Made by a program: the position numbers and the translations under genes | Part shown: positions 22,186-32,532 of the stretch, piece after piece | Position numbering within the stretch: the first letter of the stretch is position 1 | Layout of the letters: the number at the start of each line of letters is the position of its first letter | DNA from: an uncultured Nitrospiraceae bacterium | GTDB taxonomy: Bacteria > Nitrospirota > Nitrospiria > Nitrospirales > Nitrospiraceae | Length of the DNA: 64,000 nucleotides | Direction of reading: 5' to 3' | Assembly: GCA_963730935.1 (NCBI GenBank) | Contig: CAVSTP010000004.1 | Span: forward strand, 928,001-992,000 | The notes under the pieces: model-generated | Seen by the model: only the letters and a program-made list of their open reading frames with translations | What the model was told of the DNA's origin: nothing | Database searches by the model: none

Positions 22186-23550
22186 CTACGGGCGCTTGAG
22201 CATAATGGCATCAAAATAGGTTTCGGGTACCGGGTGCGGCAGCCGCAACTGCCCGTTCCCAAACACGACGTATTTTTCACAGGTGAGCTGCTCCAATCCG
22301 ATCGGACCCTTGGCATGGAGCCGCGCACTGCTCAATCCGATGTCGCTGCCGAATCCGAATCCCTCCGCATCGTGAAGGCGGGAAGAGGCGTTGACCAACA
22401 CGGCGCCGGCGTCCGCTTCGCGCGTGAACCGCAAGGCAGACGAGTAGTTCGACGTGGCGATCACGGCGGTCATGCAGGGTCCGTGTTCCGCGATGTGCGC
22501 CAAGGCTTCGTTCAGATCGACCACCATTTTCACGGCCAAGGTGGGCGTCTGGAATTGCCGGTTCCAGTCGTCGTCGGTCGCGGGAACGATAGAGGTATGT
22601 CCGCTGATGGGCATTTGCCCCATGAGCGCCAACGTCTTTGGACAGCCGCGCACGTCGACTTTGTATTCGACGAGCAATCGGTTGATCAAGGCGGCCAGAA
22701 AGTGCCTGGCCACACCTTGCTGCACGAGGAGCGTGTCCAGGGCGTTTGTCGCCGACGGCAGCTGCACTTTTGAATTGATGACGACATTCTGCACCAGCGG
22801 CAAATCGACGTCCGCATCCACATACAGATGCGTGAGCCCGCCCTCGTGACAGAGGACGGGCATTCTGGCTCCGTCGAGCACGGCCTTGCGCAAGCCTGCA
22901 CCGCCTCGTGGGATGATCGCGTCGAGCGCCTTACCCGCTCGGATCAGCTCGAGCGCGACGTCTTTCTCTGGACGGTCGACCAACACCCAAGCGCCGTCGG
23001 GAATCCCCTGCTCTTGCGCCGCCTCCCGTAGCCCCTTTCCAATGACATCGTGCGTCAGTGCCCAATCGGGTGCCCCGCGGAAAACGCTCAGGTTGCCGGA
23101 TTTGAGGCAGAGGGCGATTGACTCCACAGTGACCAGCGGCTTCAACTCGGAAATGATCCCGATAATGCCGATCGGCACCCGCACACGGGAGACGACGAGG
23201 CCGTCCGGCCGTTCCCATCGTCCCGTGACCGCGCCCACCGGGTCCGGCCGGTCGGCGATGACCCTGAGCCGCTCGGCCATTTCCTTGACGTCTTCCGCCA
23301 CCATACGCACGCGGGCGACGGCGGCTTTGAGCCTGTCCTTGTTGAGTTCTGTTCCGAACGATTTTCCCAATGCGTCGACATCCTTTTCATTGGCCGCGAG
23401 GATCGCCTCTTCGTCTCGGCTGAGCCGATCCGCCATCGCGTGCAGGGCTCGGTCCTTGACGGGTCCAGCAATCAGCCCAAGACGGGATACGTGACCTCTG
23501 CATGTTTTCAATATCTTATCGAGATAGAGCTTAACCGGTACTTCAGGCAT
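22186..23550 (-). CDS. Gamma-glutamyl phosphate reductase (ProA)-like protein lacking the catalytic Cys
   Basis: Full-length ProA-like motifs (RVPIG, IPRGG, VNAS, LHAKGP); PSATN where ProA has PS(T/V)CN. Confidence 0.85.
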   Translation of the reverse strand: MPEVPVKLYLDKILKTCRGHVSRLGLIAGPVKDRALHAMADRLSRDEEAILAANEKDVDALGKSFGTELNKDRLKAAVARVRMVAEDVKEMAERLRVIADRPDPVGAVTGRWERPDGLVVSRVRVPIGIIGIISELKPLVTVESIALCLKSGNLSVFRGAPDWALTHDVIGKGLREAAQEQGIPDGAWVLVDRPEKDVALELIRAGKALDAIIPRGGAGLRKAVLDGARMPVLCHEGGLTHLYVDADVDLPLVQNVVINSKVQLPSATNALDTLLVQQGVARHFLAALINRLLVEYKVDVRGCPKTLALMGQMPISGHTSIVPATDDDWNRQFQTPTLAVKMVVDLNEALAHIAEHGPCMTAVIATSNYSSALRFTREADAGAVLVNASSRLHDAEGFGFGSDIGLSSARLHAKGPIGLEQLTCEKYVVFGNGQLRLPHPVPETYFDAIMLKRP

Positions 23551-23620
23551 TCTCACCTCAATTTTTTGCGACGAATGAGAGTCGGACTATACCACGACAT
23601 TTTTCGGACAGTAAACTGCC

Positions 23621-24913
23621 TCACTGCTGGATCTGTTCCAGTCGTTTTCGTTCCTCCTGCCTCGCCAGCCACCATCCGAGCCAGCTCCACACGAACGCCA
23701 CCGGAATCAACGCCCAGGCCATCTGCGTCGCGGCGATCCCAACCGCCTTCACCGTGTTGACGACCCATCCCGTGACGGCATCACCTCCGCGCGAGACCGC
23801 TGTGTCGATGAAGTTTTTGGCCTTGTACTTTTCTTCGCGGCTGAGGACGGTAAAGAGTACCTCTCGAGCGGGCTTCGCGATTGCATACTCGCCCACGCGC
23901 CGCACGATCGTAAAGAGAATGAACGACGATAAGATCGGCATCGCTCCAATGACCGCAAATCCCACGACACTCGCGGTGGGCAGGAGGACCAGCGCCGATG
24001 CCAACCCGAACCGGCTGATCATGGGTCCCGTCATGAACAACTGCGCCAGGAACGTCAACACGTTCACGGCAAGATCCATCACGGCGAACAGTCTGGTGCG
24101 ACCCTGGGCAGAGGCAACTTGTTCGCCCACAAGCCTGGTCTGCTCCAGGTAGAGGAAGGTCGCCGTCGTCGTCAGAAAGAAAAGGTACGCACAGATGCCC
24201 AACAGATAGGGAGAGGACAGCGCCAGCCGCATGCCGGCCCACATACTGCCGCCGATGGCCTCCCCTCGTCGTTCCATCACATGCTCTGGCGCATGTCCGG
24301 GCTGCTGTTTCGACCACCGGTCGAGAGCCCGGATGCATAACCAGCACATGCCGAGCAGCGCAGCTGACACCAGCATCAACGACGGAATCGGCACGAGATA
24401 TGTCAAGCCGGTGGTCACCAGCGGTCCCACCATCGCGCCTGTGCTGCCGCCGGCGGCAATGATGCTGAAGAGCCTCGTTCCCTGCTCGGGCCGGAAAATA
24501 TCGGCCATAAAACTCCAAAAGACGGAGACGACGAATAAGTTGAACACCGACAGCCAGACGAAGAACACGCGCGCGATCCACTGCGGAGCGACATGGCTGG
24601 ACATCAGCAGAAAAAATCCGACGAGATGACTTGCGAAAAACACATACACCGTGAGCAGCAACCGCTCACGCGAGACGCGCGCCGACACGTACCCGAAGAG
24701 CGGCGTCGCCACCAGCATCGTCACGAACGTCGCCGTCATCATCCATGGGAGATGCTGTACCCCTCCCTCGATCGCCATTTCATCGCGCACGGGACGAAGG
24801 ATGTAGTACCCGCACAGCAGGCAAAAAAAATACAGAAAGGCCCAGCAGAGCGGCCGGACTTCTTCAAGGTCCGCGCCGGTGAGCGACTGAATTATCGTGC
24901 GATGGCCGGTCAT
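23621..24913 (-). CDS. MFS transporter, NTT/TLC (ATP:ADP antiporter-like) family
   Basis: YYILRPVRD, FVVSVFWSFMAD, EEKYKAKNFIDT. Confidence 0.8.
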   Translation of the reverse strand: MTGHRTIIQSLTGADLEEVRPLCWAFLYFFCLLCGYYILRPVRDEMAIEGGVQHLPWMMTATFVTMLVATPLFGYVSARVSRERLLLTVYVFFASHLVGFFLLMSSHVAPQWIARVFFVWLSVFNLFVVSVFWSFMADIFRPEQGTRLFSIIAAGGSTGAMVGPLVTTGLTYLVPIPSLMLVSAALLGMCWLCIRALDRWSKQQPGHAPEHVMERRGEAIGGSMWAGMRLALSSPYLLGICAYLFFLTTTATFLYLEQTRLVGEQVASAQGRTRLFAVMDLAVNVLTFLAQLFMTGPMISRFGLASALVLLPTASVVGFAVIGAMPILSSFILFTIVRRVGEYAIAKPAREVLFTVLSREEKYKAKNFIDTAVSRGGDAVTGWVVNTVKAVGIAATQMAWALIPVAFVWSWLGWWLARQEERKRLEQIQQ

Positions 24914-25012
24914 GGCGCGGCATCCTGACCGGCCTTCTCGGCCTTCGCAAGCAAAAACTTGCGACCGGCTTTGGACTTTTTCAGTCCACCTCGTTATGGT
25001 ATGGAACCAGGT

Positions 25013-26047
25013 ATGCGAATCATCGATCTGCGCAGCGATACCGTGACGAAGCCGACCGAGGCCATGCGCGAGGCGATGGCGCGCGCTGAGGTGGGCGACG
25101 ACGTATACGGCGAAGACCCCACCGTCAATCGGCTCCAAGAGATGGTGGCCGGGCTCCTCGGCAAAAAGGCCGCCTTGTTTGTCCCATCCGGAACGATGGC
25201 CAATCAGCTGGCCATCCGCAGTCACGCACAGCCGGGCCAGGAAGTCATCGCCGAAAGCAAGGCGCACATCGTTCGCTATGAGCAGGGGGCCGCCGGGGCT
25301 CTCGCCGGCGTACAACTCCACTGGGTGGCTGGGGACCGCGGCATCATGCAGCCGGAGCAGGTGGAAGCGGCCATCCGGCCAAAAGATCCGCACAGCATCC
25401 AAACTGCACTCATCTGTCTCGAGAACACGCATAATGCCGGAGGCGGCACCATCTACCCCCTGTCCACCATCGAACGAATCCGCACCGTGGCTTCGGCGCA
25501 TGGTGTGCCGATGCATCTCGACGGCGCCAGACTCTTCAACGCGGTGGCCGCCACCACCCTGCCGCCCGCCGCCTATGCGCAGCATTTCGAAACGGTGTCC
25601 GTCTGCCTCTCAAAGGGTCTCGGAGCGCCGGCGGGTTCGCTGCTGCTGACCAACGATCCGGCGATGATGGACCGCGCTAGACGGTTCCGGCGAATGTATG
25701 GCGGTGCGATGCGGCAGGCGGGCGTCCTCGCCGCCGCCGGCATCTATGCGCTGGAACATCATGTGGGACGCCTGAAAGACGACCACGAGAACGCCAAGCG
25801 TCTCGCCCGTAAGCTGCAGCAGATTCCTGCGATCACGATTAACCCACAGCACGTCGACACAAACATCGTGATCTTCGATGTGGTCGGCAACCGGCTCTCC
25901 GCATCTGCCATCGTCGGCGCATTGAAGCAGGAAGGCGTGTTGATCAATGCGATCGGCGTCACCAGCTTCCGGGCCGTCACACACCTCGATGTGTCGACCA
26001 AGCAGATCGACGTCGCGGTGGAGGCGTTTGCCCGTGTCCTGCGCTGA
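25013..26047 (+). CDS. ltaE: Low-specificity L-threonine aldolase
   Basis: [42 protein letters not shown]. Confidence 0.95.
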   Translation: MRIIDLRSDTVTKPTEAMREAMARAEVGDDVYGEDPTVNRLQEMVAGLLGKKAALFVPSGTMANQLAIRSHAQPGQEVIAESKAHIVRYEQGAAGALAGVQLHWVAGDRGIMQPEQVEAAIRPKDPHSIQTALICLENTHNAGGGTIYPLSTIERIRTVASAHGVPMHLDGARLFNAVAATTLPPAAYAQHFETVSVCLSKGLGAPAGSLLLTNDPAMMDRARRFRRMYGGAMRQAGVLAAAGIYALEHHVGRLKDDHENAKRLARKLQQIPAITINPQHVDTNIVIFDVVGNRLSASAIVGALKQEGVLINAIGVTSFRAVTHLDVSTKQIDVAVEAFARVLR

Positions 26048-26114
26048 CTCGCCTCCCATCCATTTCGTATTTCCGCGCTAGCGGACTTTTCAATCATCCT
26101 GCTAGAATGCGGGC

Positions 26115-26354
26115 ATGATGACGGGCAAGCCGATGGATGTTGTTTCGTTCGCGCAGATCAGCCGCATTCTGGAACTGACCGACTCGCTCGGTCTCAACCG
26201 CGAGTGGGTCGAAATTCCGCTGTCTCCTGAGCGGCCCGGCCGGGTCCGACGACTCCCCAACGGGAAATTGGAGATCATCGTCGATGCCGACCGCCCGTTC
26301 GAAGAATGGTTGGGATCGCTCCCGCTGCAAATTCAATCGGCCCAAGGAACGTGA
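26115..26354 (+). CDS. Small hypothetical protein
   Basis: 79-aa ORF ending 2 nt before the next start. Confidence 0.65.
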   Translation: MMTGKPMDVVSFAQISRILELTDSLGLNREWVEIPLSPERPGRVRRLPNGKLEIIVDADRPFEEWLGSLPLQIQSAQGT

Positions 26355-26356
26355 GC

Positions 26357-27142
26357 ATGGATGGCGACGGAACCCATACCCTCCCGACGAAGGAAGAATT
26401 GCAATCCGAGCTGGCTCCCGTCCCGGAACCGCTCGAGCCGCCGGAACCCCCGAACGAACCGGCGTACGAAGAGATCGTCAATCTCGCCCTGCGCCATGCA
26501 AAAGGACGCCGGGGTGGCGACCTCGTGAGCGTGTTGTTGGTGGGCTCGGGTGCGCGGCGGGCGGTGACAACCCACAGTGATGTTGATCTGGTGGTGCTGG
26601 TGAAAGGCCAGGCCGATGCTCATGAAATCGTCCGCGTGGCCGATCGCACGGCCGACATCCGTTATTGGGGTCATAAAGAAGTGGAAGAAGAACTGTCCTA
26701 TTCGGCGCGACTGCCCTCTCTCCTGCGCAAGGCACGCATCCTTCACGACCACGACGCAATTGGCGCGAAGCTCATTGAACGCGCCAGCCACCGTTTTCGT
26801 CAGGGGCCTTCGCCCGCCAACATGAACGAGCAGATCCGCCTCAAGGCCGAGTGTTTTCATTGGCTCGGCAAGGCACAGGACGTGGCGGACAAGCCGGCGA
26901 CGGCTCAGTATCTGTTGATGAATTTTTTCGAGGAGTTCGTCAACGCGTTCTTCCGCCTGCGCGGGTTGTGGCTGACCGCGCCGATCGACGCGCCTCGCTT
27001 CATCGCGTCGCGCGACGCGGCGCTGGGTGAGCTCGCAGGGCACTTCCTTGTCGCGACGACGCTGCCCGAACGGCTGAACTGCGGTCGAGACATGGTGAAT
27101 GTGTTGTTCAAAGATGTGCCGAATCCTGCGCGCATCGATTGA
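26357..27142 (+). CDS. Pol-beta superfamily nucleotidyltransferase domain protein
   Basis: VGSGAR...SDVDLVV motif followed by a helical C-terminal domain. Confidence 0.7.
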   Translation: MDGDGTHTLPTKEELQSELAPVPEPLEPPEPPNEPAYEEIVNLALRHAKGRRGGDLVSVLLVGSGARRAVTTHSDVDLVVLVKGQADAHEIVRVADRTADIRYWGHKEVEEELSYSARLPSLLRKARILHDHDAIGAKLIERASHRFRQGPSPANMNEQIRLKAECFHWLGKAQDVADKPATAQYLLMNFFEEFVNAFFRLRGLWLTAPIDAPRFIASRDAALGELAGHFLVATTLPERLNCGRDMVNVLFKDVPNPARID

Positions 27143-27181
27143 ACGCCGCTTACTGAACCTCCGGGCGGGGGAGAAACTCTT

Positions 27182-28075
27182 ATGGACATTGGATTCGTCG
27201 GCCTCGGAAAAATGGGCTTGAACATGGTGACGCGGTTGCAGCGCGCCGGACATCAGGTGACCGCCTATGACCGATCCGCGGATGCGCTCGCGAACGCCAC
27301 CGCTGCGGGCTGCACCGGTGCGGCCTCACTCGCGGATCTGGTGCAGCGACTCAAGGCTCCTCGTGCTGTCTGGATCATGGTCCCCTCCGGCCCGCCGACC
27401 GAAGAAACGGTGCAAGCGGTCGCCGCGCTGCTCGCACCCGGTGACGTCATCATCGACGGCGGCAATACGCGATTTCACGACGATGTCCGTCGGTCGAAAG
27501 AGTTGGCTACCAAGAAGCTGCAGTACATCGATGCCGGCACGAGCGGGGGAATTTGGGGTCTGAAAAACGGCTACTGCCTCATGGTCGGCGGCAACAAGGA
27601 GGTGGTCGACCGGCTGGCGCCCATTTTCGAGACCCTCGCGCCACCGAACGGCTGGGCGCATGTCGGTGCAGCCGGGGCCGGCCACTATGTCAAGATGGTG
27701 CATAACGGGATCGAATACAGCCTGATGCAGGGGTATGCGGAAGGCTTCGAGCTGATGTCGAAAAGTGAATACCGTCTCGATCTTTCCCGCATCGCCGACC
27801 TCTGGTTGCAAGGCAGCGTCGTGCGGTCCTGGTTGTTGGAACTCGCCGCCAGCGCGCTCAAGGAAGATTCCAGGCTCGAGCGACTCAAAGGCTACGTGCA
27901 GGACTCCGGCGAAGGCCGTTGGATGGTGGCGGACGCCATCGACAAGGATGTACCCGTGCCGACGTTGACTGCCGCACTCTTCACGCGATTCCGCTCGCGG
28001 CAGACCGAAACGTTCGCCGAGAAAATGCTGGCGGCCCTGCGCAATGCGTTCGGCGGCCACGCTGTCAAGCGATAG
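27182..28075 (+). CDS. gnd: 6-phosphogluconate dehydrogenase, decarboxylating (short form)
   Basis: GLGKMG, IDGGN, GTSGG, KMVHNGIEY, DSGEGRW, FGGH. Confidence 0.95.
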   Translation: MDIGFVGLGKMGLNMVTRLQRAGHQVTAYDRSADALANATAAGCTGAASLADLVQRLKAPRAVWIMVPSGPPTEETVQAVAALLAPGDVIIDGGNTRFHDDVRRSKELATKKLQYIDAGTSGGIWGLKNGYCLMVGGNKEVVDRLAPIFETLAPPNGWAHVGAAGAGHYVKMVHNGIEYSLMQGYAEGFELMSKSEYRLDLSRIADLWLQGSVVRSWLLELAASALKEDSRLERLKGYVQDSGEGRWMVADAIDKDVPVPTLTAALFTRFRSRQTETFAEKMLAALRNAFGGHAVKR

Positions 28076-28085
28076 GATCACGCCC

Positions 28086-29621
28086 ATGCCGCCCCCGCCC
28101 CGGATCGATATCACTCCCGCTCAAGAAGCCCTCGCGCCGGTCGAGCCGTGCACGCTCGTCATCTTCGGCGGATCCGGCGATCTGGCGCGCCGCCGCTTGA
28201 TTCCCGCGCTCTATAATTTGATGCTCGACGGACTGCTCCCGGCAAACTTCGCCGTACTCGGGCTCGGCCGAAAATCCATGACCGACGAGGACTTTCGGAC
28301 AACGCTGCGCGAAGGCGTGCTGACGCATTCGCGTCAGCCCTTGAAGGAAGACCGCTGGAGTGTGTTCGCCGAACGGCTGTTCTACCTCGCCGGTGGAAAC
28401 GAAGATCGGCAGACCTATACCGCGCTGAAAGCCCGCATCGAAGACATCGAACGCCAGTTTGGATTGCCGGGCAACCACATTTTCTACTTGAGCATCCCGC
28501 CCAGCTCGTTTACCGCCGTCTGCGAAGGGCTCGAGCATTCGGAACTCGCCGTTCATAGGGACCGGCCGTATGCCAGGATCATCGTCGAAAAACCCGTGGG
28601 CCGCGATCTCTCCTCCGCGCAACAGATCAATGCCGTGACCGGACGCGTCTTCGACGAGTCGCAGATCTTCCGGATCGACCACTATCTGGGCAAAGAAACC
28701 GTCCAGAACCTCATGGTGGTTCGATTCGCCAACAGCATCTTCGAGCCGATTTGGAATCACAAGTACATCGACCACGTCCAGATCACGGTCAGCGAAGCGG
28801 AAGGCGTCGGCACCAGGGCCACCTATTACGAGGAAGCCGGCGCGCTGCGCGACATGGTTCAAAACCATATGCTCCAACTGCTCTGCCTTGTCGCCATGGA
28901 GCCACCCTACTCGCTCGATCCGGACGTCGTCAGGAATGCCAAAATGGAGGTTCTGCGTTGTTTACGGCCGATCACGGGCAAGGACGTGGAGACGTTTACA
29001 GTCCGTGCACAATATGCTGCGGGCGTCGTGGGGGGGAACCCGGTACCTGGCTACCGCCGCGAGCCGGGAGTGAAGCCCGACTCAACCACGGAAACCTATG
29101 TCGCCCTCAAGTGTTTCGTGGAGAACTGGCGCTGGTCCGGCGTGCCGTTTTATTTGCGAACCGGGAAGACCCTCCCGCATCGGGCCAGCGAGGTGGCGGT
29201 CCAATTCAAGGACATTCCGCAGATCTTGTTCAACGCCAACCCTCAGCACCCGCAGCCCGCCAACGTCCTGGCCCTGCGCATCCAACCGGAAGAAGGCTTA
29301 TCGTTGCGCATCGTCTCCCGAGTCCCGGGCACCAGAGAGCAAACCCATCCGGTGGAGATGGCTTTTAAGTATGCCGAAGTGTTCGGCCGGCCTTCGCCTG
29401 AAGCCTATGAACGGCTGTTACTGGATGTGATGGCCGGCGATGCATCGCGATTCATGCGGAGAGATGCGGTCGAGGCGTCCTGGGCGTGGATCACGAGAAT
29501 CCTAGAAGCGTGGCAGCAGCAGGGGACCCGATGGCTGCCGGAATATCCCGCCGGCACTCCCGGACCCGTCGAAGCGGATCGACTTATCCAGCAGGACGGC
29601 CGGACTTGGAGACCTCTGTAA
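28086..29621 (+). CDS. zwf: Glucose-6-phosphate 1-dehydrogenase
   Basis: GGSGDLA, RIDHYLGKE, RDMVQNH, RWSGVPFYLRTGK. Confidence 0.97.
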   Translation: MPPPPRIDITPAQEALAPVEPCTLVIFGGSGDLARRRLIPALYNLMLDGLLPANFAVLGLGRKSMTDEDFRTTLREGVLTHSRQPLKEDRWSVFAERLFYLAGGNEDRQTYTALKARIEDIERQFGLPGNHIFYLSIPPSSFTAVCEGLEHSELAVHRDRPYARIIVEKPVGRDLSSAQQINAVTGRVFDESQIFRIDHYLGKETVQNLMVVRFANSIFEPIWNHKYIDHVQITVSEAEGVGTRATYYEEAGALRDMVQNHMLQLLCLVAMEPPYSLDPDVVRNAKMEVLRCLRPITGKDVETFTVRAQYAAGVVGGNPVPGYRREPGVKPDSTTETYVALKCFVENWRWSGVPFYLRTGKTLPHRASEVAVQFKDIPQILFNANPQHPQPANVLALRIQPEEGLSLRIVSRVPGTREQTHPVEMAFKYAEVFGRPSPEAYERLLLDVMAGDASRFMRRDAVEASWAWITRILEAWQQQGTRWLPEYPAGTPGPVEADRLIQQDGRTWRPL

Positions 29622-29943
29622 TTGGCCGTTGCAGCGGCTCAAGTTGTCTGAGAATCTCCTCTTTCGTGCCGAGACCGCCGATGAACCGCTCGAACTGTCC
29701 TCCGCGGTAGAGTGCCAGTGCGGGCAAGGAAGTAATTTCCAGCTCGGACGGAATTTGAAAATTCTCCTCGACGTTCATTTTGAGCACCAGGAGCGCTCCG
29801 CCCACCTCCCCGACAAGCCGCTCCAGCTGCCGAGTCAACGCCCGGCATCCGCCGCAGCCCGGTTTCCAGAACTCCACCAGCACCGGCACTTGCGAACGCC
29901 CGACGACCCTGTCGAAATCCCGATCCGAGACGTCGGAGATCAT
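29584..29943 (-). CDS. Thioredoxin family protein (CGGC active site)
   Basis: VLVEFWKPGCGGC; cis-Pro region SLP. Confidence 0.8.
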   Translation of the reverse strand: MISDVSDRDFDRVVGRSQVPVLVEFWKPGCGGCRALTRQLERLVGEVGGALLVLKMNVEENFQIPSELEITSLPALALYRGGQFERFIGGLGTKEEILRQLEPLQRPITEVSKSGRPAG

Positions 29944-29957
29944 GACGTCCTTCCTCC

Positions 29958-30578
29958 CTAATTGCTTGCCGCTGGCTTCGAGAACACCCGGTCGTACAAC
30001 AAGCGGGCCAGCAGGCGATAGCCGGCCGTCGTCAAATGTAGCCCGTCGTTGGAGTAGGGCGCCGCCAACTGGCGCGTTTCGGGATCGACGGTCGCGGTGA
30101 AGAGATCGACCCATGCCAAGTGTTTCGACACGGCATAGTCCCGAATCAAACCATTCAGTACCTGCCGTCGCTCCAAATGCTGCTCGAGCCACGCCTCGGC
30201 TTCAGGACCTGCCCCACTGAGTTCCACACGTACCGACGGGACTGTCACGGGAACCGGAATGATTTCCGACGCTCGGGCCAGTTCATACATTTTCATGAGG
30301 TTCCTCATGATGTCCTCAGGGGGGGCATTCCAACCGAGATCGTTGGTTCCCCCGAGGACCACAGCATACTCTGGCCGATGCTGCAACACGTCTTGCCGGA
30401 ACCGCATGGCCATTTCACTGGTCAACTCGCCGCAGATCCCACTGACTCGAATTTCAACGGACGGCCCGAGCCATTCCTGCAGGAAGTGGCCGTAGGGCGT
30501 CTCTTGTCCCCCCGGATACTCCGGCGTGGGTGATTGAAAACCGGCCGTTAAACTGTCGCCGAAACAAATGATGGTCAC
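29958..30578 (-). CDS. SGNH/GDSL hydrolase
   Basis: FGDSL, GGTND, DGLH. Confidence 0.92.
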   Translation of the reverse strand: MTIICFGDSLTAGFQSPTPEYPGGQETPYGHFLQEWLGPSVEIRVSGICGELTSEMAMRFRQDVLQHRPEYAVVLGGTNDLGWNAPPEDIMRNLMKMYELARASEIIPVPVTVPSVRVELSGAGPEAEAWLEQHLERRQVLNGLIRDYAVSKHLAWVDLFTATVDPETRQLAAPYSNDGLHLTTAGYRLLARLLYDRVFSKPAASN

Positions 30579-30751
30579 GATGGTCCTCCGACGCCCAGGC
30601 CTAGGGCGCTACGACCGAGGCCGTCGATTCTACTGACTCGGCTCCATGTAGGACAACTACGCAGTTCTTATTGGATTCTCTGAGATGACGTGGAATCCAA
30701 AACTTGTGAATTCCTTGACCAAATCTCGGCTTACCGGTACGACAGACAGTA

Positions 30752-32503
30752 ATGTCTGACCTCAAAGCTGCCCAGGACATGATGGCGGCCGCCGTGGCCG
30801 CAAAGTCCACTGTTGACCCAGAACTGGGCTCCGTCACCCAACTGCTGAAGTCGCTGGATCGCGCATCGAAAAATGTCCGCACTTTCGGCCATCAGAACAC
30901 CGTTGCCAAGAAGTTTTTTGATCAGTTTTACACTGAATTGACCAACCATGTGGAACGCTACAACGCCCTGACCTTCATCGTCCAACGCGAAGGCCTGTTC
31001 TTCAAGGACACGTCCGTGTACAACTCGCAGGCGGGAGAATCGAGCGAAAACTTTGCCTTCAAGCTCTACAGCGACGGCATCAGAGAACTGACGTTTCAAC
31101 AGGGCATTGAACAGGACGACGTCATGTTCTTCTTCGACGCCCTCTGGAACACGAGTGGCACGGCGGGCAATGAAGACGACGACATCGTCACCCGGCTGTG
31201 GTCGAAAAACCTGCCGGCTGTTACGATCGTCACCGCCGACGAGGTCATGAAGCTGTCGGAAGTGGAAGATGTGCTGGCTCCGCAGGTCAAGCCCATGGCG
31301 GAGGGCTCGTTGAGAGAAATTCTGGACGAGGCAAACGCCAAGAACGTCAAGGAGGGTAAAGGAGACCCGCAGCGGAAATCCAGGCTGTCGACCAGCGTCA
31401 TGGGCTATGAAGTGACCGCGGAAGAAATGGCCGCGTTGGCGCGCGACATTACAGAAGAATCCAACCGAGACAGCATTCTGTATCTTCTCGACATCCTCAC
31501 CGCAGTCCTGTCCTCCGAACGGTCTCCGGAACTCTTGAACAAGCTGTTCGACATTTTCGAAGGCATTCTCCGCTCACTCTTCCAAGGCGGTCACTGGAAC
31601 ACGGTCGAGCATGTGTTGGGGCTGCTTTCGGAGGCAGAGGGGATTCGACAGGACTTGACTGAGGCGCACAAACAGAAACTGCGGGGCATGTTCGACCAGC
31701 TCGGCAGTCAGGAGCTGGTCACGCTGATTCAACAATATCTCAACACGGCCGACAAGCCCCGCACGGAAGGGCTCGACACGGTGTTGCTCATGATGAAACC
31801 GTCGGCCATGCCTGCCCTATGCGCGCTGCTCGGCGATCTGCAGCAACCGGCCCATCAGGGGCTGATCGCCAATGCACTGGTCGAGCTGGCCAAGGACACT
31901 CCCGAGGTCCTACTCAAGCATCTGACCGATCGCCGGCCGACGTTTGTCCGCAACCTTCTTGGAATCATCACCCGCTGGAACAATCCGAAATTGGCCGAAG
32001 GCGTGGAAAAAATCCTGCGCTATCCAGATGCGCTGATCAGACGGGAAGCCATCAGAACGCTGGCCGGCCTCAAGCCGAGCGGTAGCGCGGCGAAACTCAT
32101 TCCGCTGCTGAACGACGCGGACGAAGGCGTGCGCTTGGCGACGCTCAAGCCCCTGTTGAACGGCCATTACACGGCGACGTTCTCCCTCTGGGATCCGATC
32201 GTTAACGCAGAGAACTTCAACGATCGCGATCCGGCCGAGAAACGGAATATCTTCCACGCGATACGGGTGACGGCCGGAGACGACGCGGTCCCGTATTGGA
32301 CCACTCTGCTGACCGAATGGGGATGGACTAACAGGAAAAAGCGCGAAGACCTCGCGCTGTTGGCCGTCGACGCCTTGGGCAAACTTGGGACTGCCGCCGC
32401 GCTGGCCGCGTTGGACACCGGTGCCAAGAAAGGCACCGCAGCGGTCAAGCAAGCGTGCGCAACGGCGATGGCTAGCGCCACGAAACATCAGCGGACTGCA
32501 TAA
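30752..32503 (+). CDS. HEAT-repeat protein
   Basis: C-terminal repeats such as LTDRRPTFVRN, IRREAIRTL, LLNDADEGVRL. Confidence 0.8.
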   Translation: MSDLKAAQDMMAAAVAAKSTVDPELGSVTQLLKSLDRASKNVRTFGHQNTVAKKFFDQFYTELTNHVERYNALTFIVQREGLFFKDTSVYNSQAGESSENFAFKLYSDGIRELTFQQGIEQDDVMFFFDALWNTSGTAGNEDDDIVTRLWSKNLPAVTIVTADEVMKLSEVEDVLAPQVKPMAEGSLREILDEANAKNVKEGKGDPQRKSRLSTSVMGYEVTAEEMAALARDITEESNRDSILYLLDILTAVLSSERSPELLNKLFDIFEGILRSLFQGGHWNTVEHVLGLLSEAEGIRQDLTEAHKQKLRGMFDQLGSQELVTLIQQYLNTADKPRTEGLDTVLLMMKPSAMPALCALLGDLQQPAHQGLIANALVELAKDTPEVLLKHLTDRRPTFVRNLLGIITRWNNPKLAEGVEKILRYPDALIRREAIRTLAGLKPSGSAAKLIPLLNDADEGVRLATLKPLLNGHYTATFSLWDPIVNAENFNDRDPAEKRNIFHAIRVTAGDDAVPYWTTLLTEWGWTNRKKREDLALLAVDALGKLGTAAALAALDTGAKKGTAAVKQACATAMASATKHQRTA

Positions 32504-32532
32504 CATCGGAAGACATTCAAGGATGTCCCTTC

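Noticed and set aside
24914..25585. N-terminal extension of the 654-aa MFS ORF
   Set aside because: Antisense to ltaE; the real start is probably 24913.
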